The notes beneath the pieces are model-generated. The model did no database searches, had not been told where the DNA came from, and worked only from the letters and a program-made list of their open reading frames with translations. A stretch of DNA of 64,000 bases, from contig JAFALY010000038.1 in NCBI GenBank assembly GCA_019233975.1, forward strand, positions 21,638-85,637. The letters are read 5' to 3'. Shown piece after piece: positions 36,157-46,559 of the stretch. This stretch comes from Alphaproteobacteria bacterium. Its GTDB lineage: Bacteria > Pseudomonadota > Alphaproteobacteria > UBA9219. Position numbers and translations under genes: made by a program. Position 1 is the first letter of the stretch, and the number at the start of each line of letters is the position of its first letter.

Positions 36157-38769
36157 TTAATACAATCCGCCTGTTCCGACGGTTGAATTGGCGGCAGGCG
36201 CCGCCTGTTTATTGACGATAGGCGGCGGCACGACGGCAGCGGGAGCTGGTGATGGTGCTACAGCTTGTGCCGGGATACCGGCTTGCGACGGTACTGCAGG
36301 AGCTGGTGCTGTTGTTGATTGCGCCGGCGTTGCGGATATCGTGGCCGGTTTGGTCATGGCTGCCGCGGCCCCCTCACTAGCCGCGCCCGTCACGCTGCCA
36401 TCCAGAATGGGACGTTGCTGCCCTTCCTGTGGCTCTGTGCCCGGAATATAGGCTTCCCAAATAGACTCTTTATCACCCATGGAGGCCAGCGCGCCCGTTT
36501 CGGGATTGATGCGCACCATGCGCAGGCCCGGCGGCACGCGGAATGGGGTCAAGGGCTTGCCCTTCATTGTTTCAGTGATGAACTGCTTGAAAATCGGCAC
36601 TGCTACGCTGGCTCCGGTTTCGTGCGAACCCAGCGGTTTCGGATCATCAAAGCCGACATAAACGGCACAAACAAGGTCAGGCGTGAAGCCAATGAACCAT
36701 GCATCCTTGCTTTCATTTGTCGTGCCTGTTTTGCCCGCCAAAGGAATGCCAGTGTCCCGCAGTTTGGCAGCCGTGCCACGCTGCACGACCCCCTGCATGA
36801 TGGAAACCATTTGATATGCGGTACGCGGATCCTCCACCTGCTCGCGGGTATCCGGCACATCAGGTGGGGTCATTTCCGGCGACCATGCGAGCACCTGACA
36901 ATCGTTGCAATCACGATGGTCGGCACGCCAGATGGTTTTACCGTCACGGTCCTGCACGCGATCGATCAGGCTCGGTGTAATTTTGCGCCCACCATTGACG
37001 ATCATCCCATAGGCGGTCGCCATGCGCAGTGGCGTTGCTTCCTTGGCCCCCAGCGCGAATGAAAGCAGTTCAGGCATTTCGTCAGCGATGCCGAATTTCT
37101 TGGCGTACTCCACCACCGTTGGCATGCCAATCGCGTTGGCCAAACGCACAGTCATGACGTTTCGTGACTTTTCGATACCTACGCGCAGCGGCGTCGGACC
37201 ATAAAATTCCTGCGAATAGTTTTCGGGATGCCAGAGCGGCAAGCCCGGCCCCTGGAAATATTCAAATGGCGCATCGAGGATAAGGCTGGACGGCGTAAAT
37301 CCTTTATCCAGCGCCGCCATATACACAAACGGTTTGAACGACGAACCGGGTTGACGCGCCGCCTGCGTCACGCGATTGAACTGGCTGATTTTTGCGCTGA
37401 ACCCGCCATTCATCGCAAAAACACGCCCCGTATTCGGGTCAAGCGCTACGATGGCACCTTGAATAACAGGCACCTGACGCAACGTGTAGGTATGTTCCGG
37501 ATACGGCTTGCCGTCTTCGCCTGCCTTGACCGGCTCAACCAGAATAATGTCACCGACATTCAGGACGTCAGCGGGTCTGTGTATCGCAGGTCCAAATTCA
37601 TCATTCGGCATTTCACGACGCGCCCACTTCAATTCATTCCATGGAATAACGCCGCGCTGATTATCAGCAAAGGCGATCTGCGCCTCGCTGTCCTTGATGG
37701 CCATAACAACCGCCATCATCCATTCTTCGCCACCCGGTGGCACGGCGATTTTCTTCATCTGACGCTGCCAGTCAGAGAACCCCGTCAACCGCGCCACAGG
37801 GCCGCGCCAACCACGTTCGCGCCGGTCAAACGACACCAAACCATCACGCAATGCTTTTTCGGCAATGCCCTGCAGTCGGGAGTCAAGACTGGTTTTTACC
37901 GCTAACCCGCCTTCCAGCACGTCATCCTCACCGAATTGCGCAACCAACTGCCGCCGCACCTCTTCGGAGAAATAATCAGCGGATACAGTTTCCGCTTCAC
38001 CACGCTTATGCATCTCAAGCGGTTCAGCCTGCGAAGCAATACGCTGGTCATCATTGATATAACCATTCAACTGCATGCGTTCCAGAACCCAGTTGCGGCG
38101 CGCAACGGCTGCATCATGGTCGCGCACGGGATTGTAGCTGTTCGGCGCCTTGGGCAACGCCGCCAGATACGCCGCTTCTGCGTAGGAAAGTTCGTCCAGC
38201 GATTTGTTGAAATAATTCAGCGCCGCCGCCGCTACGCCATAGGAATGGTTACCCAGGAAAATCTCGTTCAAATAGATTTCCAGAATACGGTCCTTGCTCA
38301 GCACTTTTTCAAGGCGCGTGGCGAGGATCGCCTCTTTCACCTTACGCTCAATCGACACTTCATTGGTCAGCAGCATGTTTTTGGCGACCTGCTGCGTGAT
38401 GGTGGACGCCCCCATCGGGTGCCGTTCATGCCCCAGATTGCGCAGGTTGATAAGAACGGCACGGGTAATGCCGAAATAATCAACCCCGTTGTGATTATAA
38501 AAATCTTCGTCTTCCGCCGACAGAAACGCCGCCTTCACCCGCGACGGTATAGCTTTGATCGGTACAAAGATGCGTTGTTCTTCGGCAATGGTGGCCATCA
38601 TGCGACCATCGTCGGCATAAATGCGCGTCAAGGTCGGCGGCTGGTAGTCCTTAAGATAGGTATAGTCCGGCAGGTCACGTCCATAATGGTCGAACAGCCC
38701 AACGACAGCCACGGCCGCCAGCCCCGCCAGCAAGAGACCGAATGAGAACAAGGAGATGATAAAGCGCAT
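36157..38769 (-). CDS. mrcA: penicillin-binding protein 1A (bifunctional transglycosylase/transpeptidase)
   Basis: 870 aa with an N-terminal TM, a GT51 domain (..EDEDFYNHNGVD..), a TPase domain (SSFKPF) and a C-terminal Pro/Ala-rich low-complexity tail. Confidence 0.9.
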   Translation of the reverse strand: MRFIISLFSFGLLLAGLAAVAVVGLFDHYGRDLPDYTYLKDYQPPTLTRIYADDGRMMATIAEEQRIFVPIKAIPSRVKAAFLSAEDEDFYNHNGVDYFGITRAVLINLRNLGHERHPMGASTITQQVAKNMLLTNEVSIERKVKEAILATRLEKVLSKDRILEIYLNEIFLGNHSYGVAAAALNYFNKSLDELSYAEAAYLAALPKAPNSYNPVRDHDAAVARRNWVLERMQLNGYINDDQRIASQAEPLEMHKRGEAETVSADYFSEEVRRQLVAQFGEDDVLEGGLAVKTSLDSRLQGIAEKALRDGLVSFDRRERGWRGPVARLTGFSDWQRQMKKIAVPPGGEEWMMAVVMAIKDSEAQIAFADNQRGVIPWNELKWARREMPNDEFGPAIHRPADVLNVGDIILVEPVKAGEDGKPYPEHTYTLRQVPVIQGAIVALDPNTGRVFAMNGGFSAKISQFNRVTQAARQPGSSFKPFVYMAALDKGFTPSSLILDAPFEYFQGPGLPLWHPENYSQEFYGPTPLRVGIEKSRNVMTVRLANAIGMPTVVEYAKKFGIADEMPELLSFALGAKEATPLRMATAYGMIVNGGRKITPSLIDRVQDRDGKTIWRADHRDCNDCQVLAWSPEMTPPDVPDTREQVEDPRTAYQMVSIMQGVVQRGTAAKLRDTGIPLAGKTGTTNESKDAWFIGFTPDLVCAVYVGFDDPKPLGSHETGASVAVPIFKQFITETMKGKPLTPFRVPPGLRMVRINPETGALASMGDKESIWEAYIPGTEPQEGQQRPILDGSVTGAASEGAAAAMTKPATISATPAQSTTAPAPAVPSQAGIPAQAVAPSPAPAAVVPPPIVNKQAAPAANSTVGTGGLY

Positions 38770-39154
38770 GGGTATTGTTAACTTTTCAGTCCGGATTCAA
38801 GGCACGCCACGGTTCTAGCCCGTTAACCATTGGGTTTCCACGGAAATCGAACGGTTAATAACATCATTGTCAAATCGCGCGGTTTCGGTTTATGATGGCC
38901 ACCGCGTTACGTGTGCCGCCCAAGGACCTCGCGGTCTGTCAGGCGAAGGGCTGTTAGGCCAGCACCAAGCTCTGCATGAGCGACGCGGGCGACGTCAGCT
39001 ATATGATCTTAACATTATATAGCCTGCCGCTTAGGTTGGTACCTGTTTGGTTCATGATGGCCACAGGGTTGATTGTAAACGAATTTGCCGATGCAGGCGC
39101 CTCAGGGAACAGTATTCATCCTTCAGGGCGACGTGTTGGCAGGAGATATATAAT

Positions 39155-41674
39155 ATGACGAAGCGAATGCTTGTGGACGCCACGCATCCCGAAGAAACGC
39201 GTGTGGCAATTGTTGAAGGCAACTGGCTCAATGACTTTGACTTTGAGCGTGCCAGCAAAAAAGAACTCAAAGGCAACATATACTTAGCCAAAGTGATCCG
39301 CATTGAGCCGTCACTGCAGGCGGCCTTTGTCGAATATGGCGGCAACCGCCATGGGTTCCTGCCCTTCTCGGAAATTCATCCTGATTACTTCCGCATACCG
39401 ATGGCCGACCGCCCGCATGACGAGCTGGACGAAGACGAAGAAGAAGGCGATGAAATCAGCGCCGACGAAGCCGCCCTGTATCAATCACAAGATGACGCTG
39501 TTGCGGCTGAACTCGCCCACCATGACAGTGAGCATCAACACACCTTCGAACCGTCCGAGTTGGCCGCAGCGCCTGAAGCCGGGCAAGAGGCCACTGAAGG
39601 CGCCCCAATGGACGCAAGCGAATTCGCGCAGGATCCGGCACAGGATCTGGGCCTGATTACCGATTTCGGCAATGCCGCGGCCCCGATGGATTTGGCTGCC
39701 CCTATTCCGGTTGAAACAGTTGGCGGCGAAATTGTTGAAGAAGAACAACGCCCCCGCCGTCAGGCCCGCCCGCGCTACAAGATTCAGGAAGTCGTAAAAC
39801 GCCGCCAGATCATGCTGATCCAGGTGGTTAAGGAAGAACGCGGCAACAAGGGCGCTGCGTTGACAACCTTCCTGTCGCTGGCCGGCCGTTATTGCGTCTT
39901 GATGCCCAACACCGACAATGGCGGTGGCGTGTCACGCAAGATCACCAGCCATCAAGACCGCCGCCGCATGAAGGAGATCCTGGATCAACTCGAAATTCCG
40001 GAAGGCATGGCGGTCATCCTGCGTACCGCCGGTATGGAACAGGAACCCGCCGAAATTCAGCGCGATCTTGAATACCTGCTGCGCCTTTGGAACAACATCC
40101 GCGAAGAAACGCTGCAATCGACAGCGCCCAGCCTGATTTACGAAGAAGCGAACCTGATCAAGCGCTCGATGCGGGATTTGTACTCCAGCGACGTCGGTGA
40201 AATTCTGGTGTCCGGCGAACGCGGTTATCAACTGGCTGGCGACTTTATGCGCACCATCATGCCGGACCAGATGGACAAGGTGAAGCTGTATACTGACGCC
40301 GTCCCCCTGTTTTTCCGCTATAATGTCGAAAAGCAGATCGACCAGCTTTACAACCCGGTCGTGCAACTGCGTTCGGGCGGTTATATCGTGATCAACCCGA
40401 CCGAAGCGCTCGTTTCGATCGATGTCAATTCCGGCCGCGCCACGCGCGAGCGCCACATTGAAAGCACGGCACTGAAGACCAATCTGGAAGCTGCGGATGA
40501 AATTGCCCGCCAGTTACGCCTGCGTGACTTGGCCGGTCTGGTCGTTATCGACTTCATCGATATGGAAGATGGCCGTAACAATGCCGCCGTTGAACGCCGC
40601 ATGAAGGAAGCCATGCGCGCCGACCGCGCGCGCCTGCAAATTGGCCGCATTTCTCCGTTCGGCTTGATGGAGCTGTCGCGCCAGCGCCTGCACCCCAGCC
40701 TGATGGAAATTAATTTCGAAAAGTGTTCCCACTGCTCCGGCATGGGTCTGGTGCGTTCGGTTGACTCAGCCGCCATCACCATTCTGCGCGTCATCGAAGA
40801 AGACGGCATCAAGAATGGCAGCGGCGAATTGATGCTGCATGTACCCAGTACGGTCGCCCTGTACGTCCTGAACCAGAAGCGCGAAGCGCTGAGCGCCATT
40901 GAGCGCCGTTATGGCCTGACCGTCTTCCTGCACGGTGATGACACGCTCGTGGCGCCGGACTTCAAACTTGAACGCACGCGCGGCAATGGTGAACGTGGCA
41001 ATCGCGGTCCCGCTGTGAATGCCGAACAGATTATGGCCGACACCGAACGTGATATGCCGACACCGCCCGCGTCGCCCGATCAGGAACGCGGAAGCGACGA
41101 AACCGCCGCATCAGAACAGGAACAAGGCAATGGTGGCCGTGGCCGCCGCTTTGGTTTCGGTGGTCGTGGCCGTGGCCGCGGTCGTGGTCGCCACAACGAC
41201 AACAACAATCAGCAGCAACAGGCCGAAGCCAATGGTAATGTGGTCGACAATGCCGCCGAACCTGATGACAATGTAGGCAATGTTGAAACCCAAGCCGAAG
41301 ACGGTGAAGGGCAGCAGCAGGATCCGCAACGCCGTGGCCGCCGCCGTGGCCGCCGCGGTGGCCGTGGCCGCCGCAATAACGGTTATGGTCAGGAACGCGG
41401 TCCGCGCCAGGAAAACGGCAATAACGGCCAGGCTGCGCAGAGCGACCAAGGCAACCGCCAGCCTGCGCCCAGTGCAAGCTATCCAACCAATATCCATGAA
41501 ATTGACACAACACCGCGCGAATATGTCCAGCCGGTAGCCGCCTCCGTGGCCAGTTCCGTGACTGCGTCGCCGTCGGCATCATCGGCCCCGGCAGCACCGC
41601 CGCCGTACGAAATCGTCAACACCCCGCCGGATAAGCCCCGGGGTGGGTGGTGGCGCAAGCTGACGGGCCAATAA
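39155..41674 (+). CDS. rne: ribonuclease E
   Basis: A start at MTKRMLVDATHPEETRVAIVEG (the ATG at 39155 follows an AGGAGA RBS), an S1 domain plus catalytic domain, and a C-terminal Arg/Gly-rich scaffold region. The ORF-track extension to 39047 is spurious. Confidence 0.9.
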   Translation: MTKRMLVDATHPEETRVAIVEGNWLNDFDFERASKKELKGNIYLAKVIRIEPSLQAAFVEYGGNRHGFLPFSEIHPDYFRIPMADRPHDELDEDEEEGDEISADEAALYQSQDDAVAAELAHHDSEHQHTFEPSELAAAPEAGQEATEGAPMDASEFAQDPAQDLGLITDFGNAAAPMDLAAPIPVETVGGEIVEEEQRPRRQARPRYKIQEVVKRRQIMLIQVVKEERGNKGAALTTFLSLAGRYCVLMPNTDNGGGVSRKITSHQDRRRMKEILDQLEIPEGMAVILRTAGMEQEPAEIQRDLEYLLRLWNNIREETLQSTAPSLIYEEANLIKRSMRDLYSSDVGEILVSGERGYQLAGDFMRTIMPDQMDKVKLYTDAVPLFFRYNVEKQIDQLYNPVVQLRSGGYIVINPTEALVSIDVNSGRATRERHIESTALKTNLEAADEIARQLRLRDLAGLVVIDFIDMEDGRNNAAVERRMKEAMRADRARLQIGRISPFGLMELSRQRLHPSLMEINFEKCSHCSGMGLVRSVDSAAITILRVIEEDGIKNGSGELMLHVPSTVALYVLNQKREALSAIERRYGLTVFLHGDDTLVAPDFKLERTRGNGERGNRGPAVNAEQIMADTERDMPTPPASPDQERGSDETAASEQEQGNGGRGRRFGFGGRGRGRGRGRHNDNNNQQQQAEANGNVVDNAAEPDDNVGNVETQAEDGEGQQQDPQRRGRRRGRRGGRGRRNNGYGQERGPRQENGNNGQAAQSDQGNRQPAPSASYPTNIHEIDTTPREYVQPVAASVASSVTASPSASSAPAAPPPYEIVNTPPDKPRGGWWRKLTGQ

Positions 41675-41728
41675 ACCCGAAAGTTCAGGCACCAGCCTGT
41701 CCTGTCGTCGAGCGAGGAGTTACGGTTT

Positions 41729-43198
41729 ATGCCCGCATCCGGTTCACGCGTGTCAAAAAGCCTTAAACGCATCGGTCTTTTTGTTGCACTTTCGCTCGCC
41801 ATGAATGGCAGCGTCGGCACTGTGGTGCTGGCACAGGAAAGCGGTCGCGCATCCGACCAACCTTCCTTTATTCGCGATGCTGAGATCGAAAACTATCTAC
41901 ATGCGTTGGCCGATCCGATTTATCGGGCCGCCGATATAACCCCCAGCAGCATCACCATTAACATCGTTGAGAGCAACGTCGTCAACGCGTTTGTCGCCGA
42001 CGGCATGAATGAGTTTTTCTATACCGGCCTACTGCAACTCACCGATACGCCCGAACAGTTGGCCGGTGTTATAGCCCACGAAACAGGCCACATTGCAGGC
42101 GGCCATCTGATACGTAGCCGCGAAGAAATGCGCAACGCATCGGCAGAGGCGATTTTCGGCATGATCATCGCCGTCGCAGCCGGTGCCGCGAGCGGCAATG
42201 GCGGCGCCGCAGCGGGTGCAATGAGCGGATCAGAACAAATTGCGGAACGCAGCTTCCTCAGCTTCAGTCGTACAGTAGAAGCCTCAGCCGACGCAGCGGG
42301 CATGTCGTTTCTGGATCGCGCCGGCATAACAAGCCGTGGCATGCTGGAATTCTTCAAAAAGCTACAGGGGCAGGAACTGATGCCCACCAGTCAACAAGAC
42401 GCCTATGTCCGCACCCACCCCCTGACACGGGACCGTATTGACGCCGTTCAGGATCATCTGGATCACTCAAAGTACAAAGACGCCAAACTCGACGAAAAAT
42501 TTTATGTCATGCATGAACGCATGAAGGCAAAATTGATGGGTTACCTACAACCCGAAACCGTCCTGCTGCGTTACACTGATAACGACAAACGCCTATCAAC
42601 ACGCTACGCACGCGCAATTGCACTCTATCGCACCAGTCAAGCGGATCATGCATTGACCGTGACAGACGGCCTGATTAAGGAAGAACCAGACAACCCTTAT
42701 TTCCACGAATTAAAGGGGCAGATATTGTTTGAAAATGGCCGCACTGAGCAGTCAATCGACTCCTATAAAAAAGCCAACGACCTGCTACCGCACTCAGCCC
42801 TTTTGCGCGAGGCGTATGGTCACGCTTTGTTAGAGTCGAAAGACAACGACAAGCTGGACGCTGCGGTTGAGCAACTTCAGGAAGCGAACCGTTTGGAAGA
42901 ACGCACGCCTATTGTCTGGCACCTATTGGCCTCGGCCTGGGGACGCAAGGCAGAATTGACCAAGAAGACCGAATTTGAAGCCATGGCGACCTATGCTCTG
43001 GCTGAAGAAGCTGAGGCTCAGGGCAAAGACCGCGCGGCGCAACAACTGGCTGAACGCGCCATGAAGGGACTGCCTAAAGGGTCGGTTTATTGGCTGCGCG
43101 CACAAGATATCAAGCTTTCGACCACATCCGATAGCGCATCCGACAAAGATAAAAAGCAATTTAGCGGCGGAAAACCGCTATCTGATGCCAATCATTGA
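41729..43198 (+). CDS. M48-family periplasmic metalloprotease with TPR region (BepA/YfgC-like)
   Basis: 489 aa with a signal peptide, HETGHIAGGH (HExxH) and C-terminal TPR-like helices. Confidence 0.8.
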   Translation: MPASGSRVSKSLKRIGLFVALSLAMNGSVGTVVLAQESGRASDQPSFIRDAEIENYLHALADPIYRAADITPSSITINIVESNVVNAFVADGMNEFFYTGLLQLTDTPEQLAGVIAHETGHIAGGHLIRSREEMRNASAEAIFGMIIAVAAGAASGNGGAAAGAMSGSEQIAERSFLSFSRTVEASADAAGMSFLDRAGITSRGMLEFFKKLQGQELMPTSQQDAYVRTHPLTRDRIDAVQDHLDHSKYKDAKLDEKFYVMHERMKAKLMGYLQPETVLLRYTDNDKRLSTRYARAIALYRTSQADHALTVTDGLIKEEPDNPYFHELKGQILFENGRTEQSIDSYKKANDLLPHSALLREAYGHALLESKDNDKLDAAVEQLQEANRLEERTPIVWHLLASAWGRKAELTKKTEFEAMATYALAEEAEAQGKDRAAQQLAERAMKGLPKGSVYWLRAQDIKLSTTSDSASDKDKKQFSGGKPLSDANH

Positions 43199-43253
43199 CT
43201 TGCACGTCAAAAATTGGTTGTTTCATCTGTCCGTTAACACTTGGGAGTCGTTT

Positions 43254-44015
43254 ATGCGCATTGTTCTGGTCGCCCTCAGCCTTCTTCTCACCGCTGCCCT
43301 GCCCGTGCAGGCCGCGCAATTGTCCACCAACAGCGATGGTGGCTTTTCAGATGACGACAAGGCTGCGATTGAAAATGTCGTTAAGGAATACCTGACCAAA
43401 GAACACCCCGAAGTTCTGATGGAAGCGATGAAAGAACTGCAGCGCCGCGAACAGGCGACCGCAGAAACCAAGACGCAGGACGCCATCAAGACGGCCAAGG
43501 ATAAGATCTATAACGATGCCGACACTCCCGTTGGCGGCAACCCCAAGGGCAAGGTCACGGTTGTCGAGTTTTTCGATTACCAATGCGGCTATTGCAAAAT
43601 GAGCGAAGAAGCCGTTCAGCAGATGCTGAAGGATAACAAGGACGTTAAGTTCATCTATAAAGACTTCCCGATCCTGGGGCCCATGTCGACGACTGCTGCC
43701 AAGATTGCGCTGGCCGCCGCCCGCCAAGGCAACGCCAAGTACATCAAGTTCCATGATGGGTTGATGGGCGTTAAAGAGCATCTGAGCGAAGACATCATCT
43801 ATAAGGTCGCCAAGGATGTCGGCCTGGATGTCGAAAAGCTGAAAAAGGACGCGGCGGATGATTCCGTTGCCAAAATTGCCCAGACCAATGTCGAGTTGGG
43901 CACTGAAATTGGCGTCCGCGGCACCCCGATGTTCATCATCGGCGACAAGGTCTATCCCGGCGCCTTGCAGGCCGAACAACTGAAGAAAGCCGTAGAAGAC
44001 GCCAGAAAAAACTAA
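43254..44015 (+). CDS. DsbA-family thiol:disulfide interchange protein
   Basis: The ATG at 43254 follows a GGGAG RBS. A signal peptide, a CGYC active site and a thioredoxin-fold C-terminus are present. Confidence 0.8.
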   Translation: MRIVLVALSLLLTAALPVQAAQLSTNSDGGFSDDDKAAIENVVKEYLTKEHPEVLMEAMKELQRREQATAETKTQDAIKTAKDKIYNDADTPVGGNPKGKVTVVEFFDYQCGYCKMSEEAVQQMLKDNKDVKFIYKDFPILGPMSTTAAKIALAAARQGNAKYIKFHDGLMGVKEHLSEDIIYKVAKDVGLDVEKLKKDAADDSVAKIAQTNVELGTEIGVRGTPMFIIGDKVYPGALQAEQLKKAVEDARKN

Positions 44016-44047
44016 CTGGCTGATAGAACTGTTACCAAGGGAATACT

Positions 44048-44509
44048 ATGTCTGAGAAAAAGCTAGATATCGATAGCGATTTTATCCGCAAGCTGGCCAA
44101 GCTGCTGGAAGAAACCGGCCTGACCGATATTGAATATGCCGAAGGCGACAAGCGCATTCGCTGCTCCATGCAACGCAATACGATTGTTGCCGCTGCAACC
44201 CCTGTGGCTGTCGCTGCTCCGGCTGCTACTGCACCCGCTGCAGGTGGCGCAGCCGCCGCTGGCGCAGCCGCAAATGGCACGCCCGTTAAATCACCGATGG
44301 TCGGTACGGTTTACCTGTCACCTGCCCCGAACTCTCCTGCCTTTGTCAAGGTAGGGGACACGGTTAAGGCTGGCGACACCCTTCTGATTATCGAAGCCAT
44401 GAAGGTCATGAACCCGATCAAAGCGCAGCAAGGCGGTACGGTAACGGCCATCCTTGTCAAGGACGCGCAGCCGGTCGAGTTCGGCGAAACGCTTCTGACA
44501 ATAGCCTAG
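44048..44509 (+). CDS. accB: acetyl-CoA carboxylase biotin carboxyl carrier protein
   Basis: 153 aa with an Ala/Pro linker and an EAMKVMN biotinylation motif. Confidence 0.9.
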   Translation: MSEKKLDIDSDFIRKLAKLLEETGLTDIEYAEGDKRIRCSMQRNTIVAAATPVAVAAPAATAPAAGGAAAAGAAANGTPVKSPMVGTVYLSPAPNSPAFVKVGDTVKAGDTLLIIEAMKVMNPIKAQQGGTVTAILVKDAQPVEFGETLLTIA

Positions 44510-44519
44510 GGCGATATCC

Positions 44520-45860
44520 GTGTTTGAAAAAGTTCTGATTGCAAACCGTGGTGAGATTGCGCTGCGCATTCATCGCGCCTGCCACGAAATGGGCATCCAG
44601 ACCGTCGCGGTACATTCGACGGCGGACGCGGACGCCATGCATGTCCGCCTTGCGGACGAAAGCGTGTGCATTGGCCCGCCGCCATCCAAAAGCAGCTATC
44701 TGAACATCCCCGCCATTTTGACGGCGGCGTCCATCACCGGCGCAGATGCCATCCACCCCGGCATCGGCTTTATGTCGGAAAACGCGAATTTCGCCGAAAT
44801 GGTGGAACAACACGGCTTCACCTTCATCGGCCCGACGCCGGAACATATCCGGATTATGGGCGACAAAGTGACCGCCAAGAAAACCGTCAAGGATCTGGGC
44901 TTGCCCACGGTTCCGGGTTCGGATGGCGGCATTGCGACAGTGGAAGAAGCCAAGTCGGTTGCCGAAGATATCGGTTATCCGGTACTGATCAAGGCGGCGG
45001 CTGGCGGCGGCGGTAAGGGCATGAAGGTCGCGCGCGATGCGGCTGGCCTGCCTGAAGCTTACCAATTGGCGCGCAGTGAAGCCATGGCAGCCTTCGGCAA
45101 CGACGAAGTCTATATGGAAAAATATCTGGAGAAGCCGCGCCATATCGAAGTCCAGTTACTTGGCGATATGCATGGTAACGCCGTCCATTTTGGCGAACGC
45201 GATTGCTCCATACAGCGCCGCCATCAAAAGGTTATCGAAGAAGCTCCCTCGCCCGGCCTGAACGCGACCGAACGCGAACAGATCGGCGCTTTGGCTGCGG
45301 ATGTCATCCGCAGGCTAGGCTATCGCGGTGTGGGCACCATTGAGTTTCTTTATGAAAATGGCCGTTTCTATTTCATTGAAATGAATACGCGCCTGCAGAT
45401 CGAACACACCATTTCTGAAATGATCACGGGCGTTGACCTCGTGCGTGAACAGATCCGGGTCGCGGCCGGCCTGCCCCTGACCTATAAACAGGAAGACATC
45501 GTTTTTAACGGCCATTCCATCGAATGCCGCATTAACGCCGAAAACCCCGAAACCTTTACGCCGTCACCCGGCCAGATTCAGGGTTACCACCCGCCCGGCG
45601 GGTTAGACGTACGCGTCGATAGCGCCCTGTATGACGGTTATCGCGTGCCGCCGCATTATGACAGCATGATCGCGAAATTGATCGTGCACGGCACCAACCG
45701 CAATGAATGTCTGCTGCGCCTGCGGCGCGCGCTGGAAGAATTCCATATCGGTGGCATTGATACGACTTTGCCCCTGCATCGGACCCTGATCGCCCAGCCG
45801 GACTTCATCAACGGTGATTATGACATTCACTGGCTGGAAAAATATCTGGCCCGCAAGTAA
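44520..45860 (+). CDS. accC: acetyl-CoA carboxylase biotin carboxylase subunit
   Basis: 446 aa with a GTG start and MFEKVLIANRGEIALRI. Confidence 0.95.
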   Translation: MFEKVLIANRGEIALRIHRACHEMGIQTVAVHSTADADAMHVRLADESVCIGPPPSKSSYLNIPAILTAASITGADAIHPGIGFMSENANFAEMVEQHGFTFIGPTPEHIRIMGDKVTAKKTVKDLGLPTVPGSDGGIATVEEAKSVAEDIGYPVLIKAAAGGGGKGMKVARDAAGLPEAYQLARSEAMAAFGNDEVYMEKYLEKPRHIEVQLLGDMHGNAVHFGERDCSIQRRHQKVIEEAPSPGLNATEREQIGALAADVIRRLGYRGVGTIEFLYENGRFYFIEMNTRLQIEHTISEMITGVDLVREQIRVAAGLPLTYKQEDIVFNGHSIECRINAENPETFTPSPGQIQGYHPPGGLDVRVDSALYDGYRVPPHYDSMIAKLIVHGTNRNECLLRLRRALEEFHIGGIDTTLPLHRTLIAQPDFINGDYDIHWLEKYLARK

Positions 45861-45863
45861 GCC

Positions 45864-46559
45864 GTGTCGAAGGGTAACGACAAAAACCCGCCCATTACAC
45901 CGGACCTTTTGTTGCACGGATATGCCGCCGGAATATTTCCGATGGCAGACAGCGCGCATGCCAAAGAACTGTACTGGTATGATCCGCCCGTACGGGCCCT
46001 GATCCCGCTCAGCATCACCGGTGAACATCGCTTTCACATCGCACGACGCCTCCGCCGTACCGTGCGGCAACGCCCGTACGGTATCAGCTTTAACACAGCC
46101 TTTACTGATGTCATGCGCGCCTGTGCCGCACCACGACCCGATCACCCTGAAACGTGGATTAATGCGGAAATTATTGATCTCTATACCGCCTTGCATAACC
46201 GAGGCTATGCGCATTCCGTTGAAGTCTGGCAACAAGATGTTTTGGTCGGCGGCCTGTACGGCGTCAGTCTGGGCAGCGCCTTTTTCGGCGAAAGCATGTT
46301 TAGCACCGCAACGGACGCCAGTAAAATAGCATTGATATATCTAGTCGCCCTCTTGAAGCACAGCGGCTTTACCCTGCTGGACACACAGTTCCAAACCGAA
46401 CATCTGGCGCAGTTTGGCACTTATGAGGTTTCACGCGACGATTACCACGCAATGTTAGAGGACGCGCTGCAGAACCGCACCTCGTTCACCTTACCGGAAA
46501 GCGGGTGGGATCACTTGGTCGGCGCGTTACTTTTGCAGCCGATGAGCCAGATATCGTAA
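45864..46559 (+). CDS. aat: leucyl/phenylalanyl-tRNA--protein transferase
   Basis: 231 aa with a GTG start and LLLHGYAAGIFPM..ELYWYDPPVRAL. Confidence 0.8.
   Translation: MSKGNDKNPPITPDLLLHGYAAGIFPMADSAHAKELYWYDPPVRALIPLSITGEHRFHIARRLRRTVRQRPYGISFNTAFTDVMRACAAPRPDHPETWINAEIIDLYTALHNRGYAHSVEVWQQDVLVGGLYGVSLGSAFFGESMFSTATDASKIALIYLVALLKHSGFTLLDTQFQTEHLAQFGTYEVSRDDYHAMLEDALQNRTSFTLPESGWDHLVGALLLQPMSQIS

Noticed and set aside
37936-38745. 269-aa plus-strand ORF, one of several 200-250-aa ORFs at 36319-37905
   Set aside because: All are antisense to mrcA (PBP1A). High GC creates long stop-free frames.
41090-41420. Possible CRISPR/tandem-repeat array
   Set aside because: The repeats are irregular, lie inside the rne coding frame and encode RG-rich peptide repeats. 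There is no spacer/repeat periodicity and there are no cas genes.
41031-41597. 188-aa and 128-aa minus-strand ORFs rich in His/Gly/Arg or Ala/Thr
   Set aside because: Antisense to the repetitive Arg/Gly-rich C-terminal region of rne. They are a byproduct of repetitive GC-rich codons.
44457-45143. 228-aa minus-strand ORF
   Set aside because: Antisense to accC.
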